Shown here piece after piece: positions 53,589-64,000 of a stretch of DNA of 64,000 bases; position 1 is the first letter of the stretch, and each line of letters opens with the position of its first letter. Location of the stretch: NCBI RefSeq assembly GCF_001194135.2, contig NC_069001.1:30498891-30562890 (forward strand), read 5' to 3'. The DNA is from Octopus bimaculoides. Lineage: Eukaryota. The notes beneath the pieces were generated by a model. The model ran no database searches. It was not told the origin of the DNA and was given only the letters and a program-made list of their open reading frames with translations. The translations under genes and the position numbers were made by a program.

Positions 53589-53727
53589 GTACTCTTCAGC
53601 CTGCGTCTGCGTTTCCAATACTAACATAAGCTTGTCCGCAGCTATCATGTTAGGTCTAATTAGAGAGAAACATTCCATCATCTGCTTATAATCAACATAA
53701 AGCCGTTCCATCGATTGACTTTGATAT
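53589..53727 (-). CDS. Candidate coding exon, possibly the C-terminal half of a PH-like domain
   Basis: Open frame YQSQSMERLYVDYKQMMECFSLIRPNMIAADKLMLVLETQTQAEEY ending at TAC|gtaagc; acceptor options ctgacag (53728) or tttttag (53814). Domain resemblance by eye only. Confidence 0.3.
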
Positions 53728-53742
53728 CTGTCAGAACCCGTA

Positions 53743-53925
53743 AATATTGGATTACACTTTGGGCACAAGACCAGTCATCTGGGGAGAGGCGTAAGTCCCC
53801 AGTGTTCTTGATCCTAAAAAGATTAAAAGCAAAATCGGCTGAGTCAGAAATTGATTTCAAAACATAGAGCTGAAATGCTTAGCTGCATCTCGTCCGGCAC
53901 GTTAACCATTCTACCAGCTTCACAC
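53743..53925 (-). mobile_element. Decayed family A SINE that supplies a strong splice-acceptor-like site
   Basis: Minus strand GAAGCTGGTAGAATGGTTAACGTGCCGG...GATTTTGCTTTTAATCTTTTTAGGATC...CACTGGGGACTTACGCCTCTCCCC...CTTGTGCCCAAAGTGTAATCCAATATT aligns with the consensus. Confidence 0.7.
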
Positions 53926-55158
53926 TTTATATTCTTTCACATACATGGCCCACATACAGATTCTACTTCGAGAATTCCATGAAATGTCAAAATACTCAGA
54001 CAAAACTGACAAATTCCCAAAATTTCTGGTCTATTTCTAATACCGTAGCAAAATAAAAATTCTGTGAATAATTCTTTTTGAGGCAAGAAACTCTGCTTTT
54101 CAACGAATATTTGTCAAAGCATCCACTTCAATCGCAAATATAGAATTCAGAAACAGTGCTTAATATTAACTGAGATATATTCTTTTGTCGAATTGTATTA
54201 TCAGACAAAGGAAAGTTCATAAATTCTCTCTCAACATCATTACAGTCAAACGGCTGGAAAATTGATTCAATGTTTCAGCTAGAATATGTCGTTTTATCTG
54301 TTGAGAAATTAATTCAAAACTTTGAAAGATACAATCTATATTTTATCTCAGACGGTTCCTCGTTTCTCAAATATGATTTTCTTCATTTCTGCTGTTCCGA
54401 AACTCTTTTAAAGTAATGGCTATCCTTGTTTGCCACACAACAGATGTCATTGCTTCTTGTTTAAGATCTATAGGAATTGGAAATGTTTTCATTAGAATTC
54501 ATATAAATGGTAGTATCAAAAGTACAAACTCGTCTTTTCTCTCTGGATCACAGGGGTTGACATTGCTAGACAGCTAATCCCTAATTTCCTGTTTTAAAAT
54601 ATTCGTTTAGGCCTAAACAAATATTTAGGCCTACTACCCTTGCAAACCTCAACATGTGTTCATAAAATACTTTCTAAGAGTCATTTCGAATCAAATATTG
54701 AACGAGAATCACTTTGTTCTCTTGATCTCACTCTGGAACAATATGGTTCCATAAAAATACAATATACCATATATATTCTACAGTTCTATATTTTGTTGTC
54801 AGATGAATTCGTTCCTCATGACCGCCCCCCCCCCCAGTTATTTCACACCATTCAAACGATTTTCAATTAAGAAGAAACGTTTCTTTAGTCGTAGTTTTAT
54901 GAATGTATTGCGGTCTTATTTTTCTACAAGATTTGTTTATTGTTTTTGAAATGTAAATAAGTTTTAACTCTTTTCAGATAAATAACGATGGACTGCCAAA
55001 TAGAAAATTCGAACGAATTGTTCTGACAATCCGATGTCTTATTTGTAAAACTAAATCTATTTCTCGGGAAGAAATGTTGTTAATCTTGAATTTTCCGAGC
55101 AGATTCACCATCCTTTCGTGCCACAATCTATAGATCTCTGGGACTTGAGTGAAGCTAC

Positions 55159-55445
55159 GTGGAGGAGAGGTGAGTGTATTCGGCTTACGATCGTATGGTC
55201 ATGGATTCCATTCACGGCGGCGCCTTGTGTCTCGCGAGGAAATCACTTTCTTTTACGCTGCTCCAGTCCACTCAGCCGGCAAAAATGAGTAGTAACTGTA
55301 TTTCAAAGGGCCAGCCTTGCCGTATTCTGGATCACGCTGAATCTCCCTGAGAACTACGTTAATGGTACACGTTAATTCACGGACAGGCTGTTCTGTTAAT
55401 CGGATCAACAGTAGGCTTCGTTGTTATTACCGACGGGGTGCCAGT
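55159..55445 (+). mobile_element. SINE family B-related, decayed
   Basis: GTATTCGGCTTACGATCGT...GCTCCAGTCCACTCAGCCGGCAAAAATGAG...CTGAGAACTACGTT. Confidence 0.75.
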
Positions 55446-55839
55446 CTATGACCGTACAAAATCAATCGTTTCACGGTCGTTTTTATGCTTTTTGTTCTGT
55501 ATCTTCGTAATTCAACATTAATTCTTTTTTTCTGTGATGTCCACGTGAAGGACATATACTCCATGCATTGTGTTATTTATCTTTCGTGTGCTTGGTTATA
55601 TTGGTTACTGTGGTATCTATCAATTGGATAACTATGAACAAACAGATAGATACGCTAAGGAAGTTGAAACGTGTATTTACGCTCGGCTTAGAAGCTTGTA
55701 CGACTACAGTTTCAGAAATTTGATTTCTGTATTTAACGAACAAGAAAACATAGGTTCCGAGATGAATGATATACGACTGCTCTTTTTTGTGACGCTTGAT
55801 TTAGAGGATACTTACGCAGTAATAAATAACACAGTCGAA

Positions 55840-56030
55840 TACGATGACGACGGCATTGCCGCCGATTTTATATCTATATTTGATGATGACGCGGAGGCGG
55901 TGGATGAGAAAAAGGACGATGATGATGATGATAATGGTGGTGGTGATGGTGTTGATGACGACGATGACGGTGATGGAGGTTGTGTTGGTGTTGCTGTTGG
56001 TATTGATGTGGGAGATGACGTATGTGTAAG
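55840..56030. repeat. Degenerate (GAT)n/(GGT)n/(GTT)n tract
   Basis: Seen directly; gives the poly-D/G stretch of ORF 55570-56190. Confidence 0.85.
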
Positions 56031-57174
56031 AATCAATTCTGTCATTTCAATTGTATTCCTCTTCTCCGTTAACTGCTTACGTCAGTTATTCAAACCGAAG
56101 CCCTCTCTATTTGTCTCTAGTGACACTTACAATCAACCAAATTGTTCTCACTGGAACACAAGTTATAGTTTACACTTGTTAAGGCGTTGATTTCCGTTTC
56201 TCCCTTATCGGATGATTATATTGCGTTGATTGGAAATTTGTAAAGGATTCAATATTCCTTTGTTTAGATCTACCCTTGTGAGACCAATGATTCTCACACT
56301 AATGGCATTAAAATACAGTAGAAGAAATAACAGCTATCTTGTTAAACCTTATCTCCCTGATTGAAATATATTAAGGTCCCATTGGATAATATAGGGATAA
56401 ATACATTTCTTCTGGAAGAGTAAAAATATTTGAAAACGTAACACCTACCACGTGTAGGATCAACCCCACCCACATTGGCAGCTGACTTGGATGAAAATAA
56501 TTATTAAGAATTCACAAGGCCAGCGAATACTGAGGGAATGGCAAAACAATTGCGTTGACTTCGGTGCTTAACTGGTACTCTATTTCTTCGACCCCTAAAT
56601 GATGGAAGGCAAAATGTAACTCAACCAAATTTGAACTCAGAACGTCCAGCGTGATAAAATATCAACCAGCTATCTTTCTATTATAAACACTAGACTCAAC
56701 ATTTTGAAGAGGTGAGCAAGCGGATTACATGAAACTCCATAAGTATCGTCTATGAAAGGCCAATTCGATCTTGGTGGAATTTGAACTAAGATCATAAAAC
56801 CGAACGAGTTTGTCAGCTGTCTGCTTTCGTTCAGAATAATTCAAATGCCGTATAATACGTATTGTACAATGTTGTATGTTATAGCAATCGCACTGCAGGC
56901 TTCATTTCACTATATATATATATATATATATANNNNNNNNNNNNNNNNNNNNNNNNNNNNNNNNNNNNNNNNNNNNNNNNNNNNNNNNNNNNNNNNNNNN
57001 NNNNNNNNNNNNNNNNNNNNNNNNNNNNNNNNNNNNNNNNNNNNNNNNNNNNNNNNNNNNNNNNNNNNNNNNNTATATATATATATAGTGTATGTGTGTG
57101 TGTGTGTGTGTCTTGATTAGTCAGGTGATTAAAAATCAAGGAATTTTAGAATTTCGAGGTAGTGCTTTAATTGG

Positions 57175-57372
57175 TACAATGCCAGCAATGTGGGGGAGGC
57201 GATTAATCGATTACATCGACGCCAGTATTCGAGTGGTACTTATTTTATCGACCCAGAAAGAATGAATGGTAAAGTCAACGCCGGCAGAATTTGAACTGCA
57301 AACGCAAAGACGGACGAAATGCCACTAAGCATTTTGCCCGGCGTGCTAACGATTCTGCCAGCTCGCTGCCCT
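57175..57372 (-). mobile_element. Family A SINE
   Basis: CTAAGCATTTTGCCCGGCGTGCTAACGATTCTGCCAGCTCGCTGCC. Confidence 0.85.
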
Positions 57373-57889
57373 ACATATGAAAACAGAATATTACTGGTAG
57401 GTATTCGAAAAGCACAAGGGGGTAGCTAAAATTCAAAATAGTCTGCAGTGGTATTTAAATGCAGGATGTAGAGAAAGACGAAATTAGTCGTGCGCTCAAC
57501 AGTATCTACTTCTCTTCCGTTATTATATATATATCCAGTCGTATGTTAATAATGTTTCCGTTTGACTAAGTCAAAAACGGAAATTTGAAAGGAAATTAAA
57601 GAAATTGATTTTAATACATCACGCACTTAACGGAGGAGTCGCAGAATCATTACAGTGTCAGTAAAATAAAAAAACAAATTAAAAAACACTTGCTCTTTTT
57701 AGTTGTGGTTCTTTTAGTGCAGAGTTCAAATCGAACTGGTGCTAATTCCGAATTTCCTACTTTTAGGTTAGGTAGAATAAAATCCCCAGAAAGGTCTGAT
57801 ATGGATTTAACCGGCTGTGACCAAATTCAAAATATGAGGATTTGTGTTAATCTTCTAAATTAATAACTATTAATATAGACTACATATTT

Positions 57890-58270
57890 TGGGCCCAGGA
57901 CCAGTTGTTTTAGGGGAGGAGCAAGTTGATTACATTGGCCACAGGGTTCAGCTGATATTTATTTTACTGACACCGAAAGGCTAAAAGGCAATGTTGACCT
58001 GGGTGGAATTGGAAATCAGAACGTGAAGGCGGACATAATGATGCTAAGCATGTAGCATGCCCCGGGAAGGAATTAATATAATTAATATTGATTCCATATT
58101 TTGGCACGAGTTGAGCAACTTCGGTGAGTGTGTAAGTGGATGACATTGACCCTGTGCTCAAGTGGTACGTATTTTATCGACTCCAAAAAGGACGAGAGGG
58201 AGAGTTAACTTCTGTGGAATTTGAAAGAAGTGACGGATAAAATGCCGCTATGTATTTTTCCTGCCACGGT
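57890..58270 (-). mobile_element. Two decayed family A SINE units
   Basis: Repeated TTTTA(C/T)(T/C)GAC...AAAGG...GGAATT(G/T)GAAA motifs. Confidence 0.65.
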
Positions 58271-58302
58271 AATGAATATTCACTATTAATATTAGTGTGG
58301 GG

Positions 58303-58493
58303 ATGAGAACGGCGAACTAACAGACTCATTAGCATGAGAACGGCGTGCTGGTAGAGTCATTAGCAATGAGAACGGCGATGTGGTGGGGTGATTAGTAATT
58401 AGAATGGTGAACTGCTAGAGTCATTAGCAATGAGAATGGAGAGCTGGAAGAGTAATTAGCAACGAGAATGGTGAGCTGGTAGAGTCATTAGCA
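58303..58493 (+). repeat. 32-bp minisatellite, 6 copies, derived from a family A SINE head
   Basis: Approximate consensus ATGAGAAYGGYGAGCTGGTAGAGTCATTAGCA; the last copy continues into a SINE body. Confidence 0.85.
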
Positions 58494-59389
58494 CCGCGGG
58501 CCAGATACCTCAAGGCATTTTGTCCCTCTGTTACTCTCTGTTCGAAATCCGCGAAGATTGACTTTGCATTTCATTCTCTCGGAGTCGATAAAATAAGTGG
58601 GGTTGATGTGTGCCGATGAAACCGGTAAACTAGCAGAATCACTAGTGCGTCTGACGCAAGGCTTGGCAGAATTTCATCTACCTCTATACGTTTTGAGCTT
58701 AAATTCCATTCTCGATAAAATATTTAACAGTCTAGTACTGGGGTTGATCAAAATGAGTTGCTCCCGCATCTCAAAATTGATAATGTTAGGTCAAAATTAG
58801 GAAGAATACTACTATGGTGATATACTTTCGTTGTTGTCTTTAGATTACAAGTTCAAAACCCATTGGAGTAAGCATAACTTTTAAATTTTCAGATGTTATA
58901 TGCGTTAAGCATCAGTCAATTAGGAAGTTGATTAAAATTCTTAGATTCCGCATCGATTAAGTTTGTGGCCTTGTGCTTATTTCAGAAATATTCCCAATTT
59001 TGGGAAAGTGCAATGATGCAGCAGAATTGATAATGTGTCGGTTCTGAAGCGTAAACTAATTACTTACGTCATGGGTTCAAATACGGTTGGGATCTGCATG
59101 AATTTTTATCGCTTCCCAATCAATAAAATAAGTAGTAGTTGAGTAAGGTTGTTCATATAAACAGCTTTTACGGAGGAACATGGCATTTCTTTCGTTTTAG
59201 TTATAAATTAAATTTTAATTCGTAACCCCGAGAATCGAGCCGGAAATATAGCTAAGAGGGAATTGGAAACCCCGTTATATCTATATATATATATATATAT
59301 ATATATTTATTTATTTATAAATTGAAGCAGATAAAGTTATAAATAATAGCGAGTTAATATTGGTTTGAAATTAATATTGGTTTCAGAGG

Positions 59390-59555
59390 AGGGTTAAATT
59401 GATTGCATCGACCTGGTGCGTAACTCGTATTTATTTTATCGACCCCGAAAAGATAAAAGGCAAAGTCAATCCCAGCGGAATTTGAACTCAGAACTTAAAT
59501 ACGGAGGAAATGTCACTAAGCATATTGTTCGGCATGTTATCGATTCTGCCTATTC
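59390..59555 (-). mobile_element. Family A SINE, partial
   Basis: TATCGACCCCGAAAAGATAAAAGGCAAAGTCAATCCCAGCGGAATTTGAACTCAGAAC. Confidence 0.8.
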
Positions 59556-59909
59556 CCCACATTTTAGCGACTTAATATGGGATAGAAAACGTAGAAGCTT
59601 GCTCCCGCGCACATACACATGCATATATGTATATGTTTCTGTGTCAACCTGCGTAGTATATATTATATATATCTACTGGCAATTTCAAATATTTCTCCAT
59701 AGACGGAAAAAAAAGACTGTCTTAATCAAAATTCGACCCTTATTAGTGTCTCAGAGGCAGCTACTCCACTTCTATAATTTCAGAAAGAAATAATGTAGCT
59801 TTAGGGAAATGGAACAACTAATTTACATGCTATAAGTGTTTAACAATATATTTAGTATCCATTCAACGGGAAGCACAGTCAGTATTGTATCAGGGAATGA
59901 TATAGGGTA

Positions 59910-59991
59910 CAGGTCGTGGTCGACTTGCGACCAAAATTGGTTCCGACTGATGGATCGTAAGTCGATTTAGTCGTAAGTCGACGACAACCTG
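59910..59991. mobile_element. 82-bp Tigger/pogo-type MITE
   Basis: TA|CAGGTCGTGGTCGACTTGCGAC...GTCGTAAGTCGACGACAACCTG|TA; internal repeat TCGTAAGTCGA. Confidence 0.7.
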
Positions 59992-60114
59992 TATACGTTA
60001 ACCTACGAATCGAATGTTCAACTATTTCTCCGAAAAACTGACGACCCGCCTAAATAGATTTCCAGTACGTATTGGGGTTTTTATCAGAGGTCATACACAG
60101 ACACATACGTACAC

Positions 60115-60154
<40 letters not shown>

Positions 60155-60274
60155 ATACATATATATATATATATATATATGTGTGTGTTTACATGTGTAT
60201 TTATATATATATATATATATCATAGGTAATTATAGAAATAGATATAGATCCATACATGCCCAGATATACACAAG

Positions 60275-60317
<43 letters not shown>

Positions 60318-61627
60318 ATGCATATATATGTGTGTATGTGTGTGTGTGTGTGTCATGGGAGAGTGAGAGTGAGAAAGAGAGAGAGCGGGGTCCAAATCAG
60401 GTAAAACTGTGTTTAATGGAGTAATGTACAGTAATTACCCAAGTTGACTTTACACCAAAACCTTCCTATTCATTTGCAATTAAAAGAAAATGCAGTTTCG
60501 TAACTACCTGGCAATGAATGTCTATAAACGCTTTATCAGTCAGCGTTCACATCCACAGAATTTATGTATTTAGATGTAATTACTAGGTTGTTAAAACAGA
60601 GTTGTTAGCATAGAGTAGGAAGCAAGATGGTATGCTGGTAGATTCTTACAGCTGTTTCCAGAACAGATGCGTATATGGTGGATTTGTGAGCGGACGAATA
60701 TGTGCGTCTGTGTCTGTTTATATATATTTATATATATACATGGAAAGTGAGATAGAGGGAGATACTGGTGTTAATTAATGTTCTTGTCTTAACTTACTTG
60801 CATAATTGCAAAGAGGCAGCGTTATTTATATTTATTTTCATAGTTCTATTTGTTTTCTCACAGCAGTGATTGCATTAAAGATTAAACGATGGAAGCCATT
60901 TTAAATATATTAGGGTAACATGATGTATGATGATATTAAACTTTCTAAACACTTCGAAAGATGCCGATGCCGAGAATGAAAGAGAAACTTTCAAAGCAAA
61001 ATACAAAAAATAAAGAAAAACAAACGAAGATATCACTTATTTTCCTTTATTTTTTGAATCTTAGTCATTTCTGTCTTATTAGAGAAACTATTAATAATTT
61101 CTCACTGTCATTTCTACATCATTAAGTCGCTGATTAACAGTTCGCGTCACTTTTATCAGATAATGAGACTACTTTGACAGATTGATTAGTTTTATTTTTA
61201 AATTCTAATCATATCCGCCCATAAATTCTTAACGAAAATATCCCCCCCCCCATCTCTTTCATATTTCTAACATTTCAGTCATTCTCCGTCTCGTTTCGAT
61301 TTTACTATTTTACTATTTCTATTTAACTTCCATCATTGATTTCAAACCAGTCCTCCCACTAATTTGAAAAGATCACTGATTAAGTTCAGACCACAAAGAC
61401 TATAAAGTGACCTAATTTTTATTTTGTTTTCAAATCTTGTTTAATAATGCGTTCTGTGGAAAATCTCCTTCTTGTGCTAATTGTAGCTAGTTGATGAAGC
61501 TTTCTAATGTTATTATAGCCGATATCAAGCAACAATGATAAAATTATATAACAATGTATACATGTGGTATGTGGACGTGACGTTATGTTTCTCCGTTTGC
61601 GCGTGTATACTGGCATGTGCGTTTGCG

Positions 61628-61694
<67 letters not shown>

Positions 61695-61761
61695 ATGTTC
61701 GGGTACGTAGGTAAGCATGCATGAATATACATATATATATATATATATTATNNNNNNNNNN

Positions 61762-61831
<70 letters not shown>

Positions 61832-62339
61832 ACATATATATATGTATACACTTATATGTACAAATATATATACACATATATGCATATATATATATTTGTA
61901 CATATGTGTGTATATATATATGGACATATATACATTTATACTAGTGAATGTATATGTATATATTTGTGTGTGTATATATATATATGTGTGTGTATGTGTG
62001 TGTGTGTGTGTGTGTGGGTGTGTGTGTGTGTGTGTAAACGCACATCCATGCACATGTACACATAAGTATGCATGCTTGTGCATGTCTGTGCTTGTATCTA
62101 CGCACACTTGTTATATCAGAGAATATTCGTATCTATAGAAGGATGTAAGTACGTGTGTTTGCAACAGTAGATCTAGGTTTGATTTCATCTTCGACTCTAT
62201 GAACAAAACTCTGGCCAATACTATTGAATCATTTTCCACACAATTCTAATCTTGAATATAAATACGAGAAAAAAACTTCAATCTTTAAATCCCTAACAAT
62301 CTTAGTGCCTTATATCCACCAAATAACTACGATGTGCGG

Positions 62340-62605
62340 AATAGACTGAAATCGCTAGCTTTGTGTCAAAATTTGAAATCAATGATGTGAATACAGTTAA
62401 GGCGGTGAGCTGGTAGAATGGTTTACACACGAGGCAAAATGCTAAGCATTATTTCATCCATCTGAGTTCAAATCCAGCCGAGGCTGAATAAACTTTCATC
62501 CTTTTGGAGTCGATAAAATATATACTATTTGAGCACTGGGGTCGATGTAGTTGATTTTCACTTCTACTGAAATCGATGGCCTTGTGACAAAATTTGAAAC
62601 CAATA
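62340..62605 (+). mobile_element. Family A SINE preceded by the tail of another unit
   Basis: AAGGCGGTGAGCTGGTAGAATGG...GAGTTCAAATCCAGCCGAGG...CACTGGGGTCGATG...CCTTGTGACAAAATTTGAAACCAATA. Confidence 0.8.
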
Positions 62606-63568
62606 TAAAATATAACATTATTTATTTAAACAAATGTGTGAATTTATTCGTGTTGTTACACTTAACCGCAAAAGTGGATTATAAATGTTTGTAGACGACC
62701 GGAAAAAATCGATGATTCGATAACTTTGCGATTTCTTTTATCGATACAGTAGCAGTATCATTATAGCTAGTCCAGGCACATATTTGATTTTGAAAACGAT
62801 ATCATTGGAAATAAACCTACAAGCATTATTTTGACGCAGATCATGACATTATTAAAATCTTATTAAAATCTACGACAGTTTAGTTCACACATATGAAAAT
62901 GCCCCACAAACAACAACTCATTCAGTCAACCCTACTGAACGCATATCACATAATCATAATTGACATACCTGTGTATGAAATTAATTTTTATTTGTCGATG
63001 TAACGATGAATCGATTTTTAGTAGACGATGGCGGTATATATAAATGCACGACTTCGTAAAAGAGCGCATATATCTACATATACAGATATATATATATATA
63101 AATATTATAGTGCTTCTTTGTGCATCTTATCCAATTTTCTTTCTTGGATAGGTTACGTTGACCTGTCACGATATTCTTCAATGCATCAAGGAGCTGTACT
63201 TTATTTTCTCCTTTTGATAGGGTGATAACCTTTCTAAGACCCTTTACACAGAATGCTGCCAATATTCCATTGATAAAATACTGCAACACACACAAACGCA
63301 CACGCACACTCACACACACACACACACACACACACACATCAACACACACACCAAACACATATGCATATGTATGTATGCAACCATATATTTATGTATGCAT
63401 TCATATATGATGAATGGAGAGAGCAATAATAAATCCAATGATTAGTTATGCACCCACAAGGGATTTAAAGATTCGTAAATTCCAATTGTCGAATACAGAT
63501 TTTAAAAAGAAAATTCATTGCGGCAATGTATGTATATAAATATATATGTGAGTGTGTGTGTGTACATG

Positions 63569-63613
<45 letters not shown>

Positions 63614-64000
63614 ATACCAATCTATCCATCTCTCCCCCTCTTTCTCTCTCTGTATATATATATATTATAGATCTATATTATATGTATATATATGTATATT
63701 TGATATTTATATTTGATATTTATGTATTTTATATTGTCATACACATACACATCCTGACATATGTACACACACACACACACACACATATATATAATCAGAT
63801 TCTTTTTTTTTCTGTTTGAAATTCGAATGGAAAAAATATAAGACATTTCTAGAAAAAAGGGAATGGGATGAGAAGAATAGAGAAGAAAATAAGAATTAAG
63901 AAACAAAGAATAAAGGAATGATAGAAATAAAAATTACAAAAGAAAAAGAAAAATTAAAAGAAAGCAATTATCAGAGATGCGTACACGAGAACGTGAAACG

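Noticed and set aside
54605-54633. 14-bp palindrome GTTTAGGCCTAAAC with a second TTTAGGCCTA copy
   Set aside because: Probably a local template-switch duplication; no context suggesting function
55570-56190. 206-aa ORF, the longest not made of dinucleotide repeats or N gaps
   Set aside because: Non-ATG start; openness largely due to a GAT/GGT/GTT tract; no good splice sites or homology
57555-57583. Hairpin TTTCCGTTTGACT-A-AGTCAAAAACGGAAA
   Set aside because: Isolated, AT-rich and short; plausible by chance or replication slippage
58303-58493. CRISPR-like periodicity
   Set aside because: Units are contiguous without unique spacers, eukaryotic context, SINE-derived

Overview
AT-rich eukaryotic non-coding DNA (intronic or intergenic) from a gapped short-read assembly; many N-runs are bordered by (AT)n. 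The repeat families look like those of Octopus, judged from recalled SINE, mariner and LINE consensus sequences rather than a search. The window holds dozens of compound (AT)n/(GT)n/(CA)n/(GA)n/trinucleotide microsatellites, which explain nearly all ORFs in the supplied track. It also holds about 30 copies of three tRNA-type SINE families (called A, B, C here), many in tandem arrays or nested. DNA-transposon remnants include hAT, mariner, Tc1, Tigger/pogo MITEs and a ~208-bp fold-back element. LINE remnants include R4/NeSL-like RLE elements, L1/Tx1 ORF1 and 3' end, and a CR1 3' end. No host gene could be identified with confidence. The best exon candidates are on the minus strand: 53589-53813 (SINE-derived acceptor, PH-like C-terminal half), 52333-52362 and a 9-nt microexon at 40775-40783. 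Most element boundaries are approximate (about +/-20 bp).
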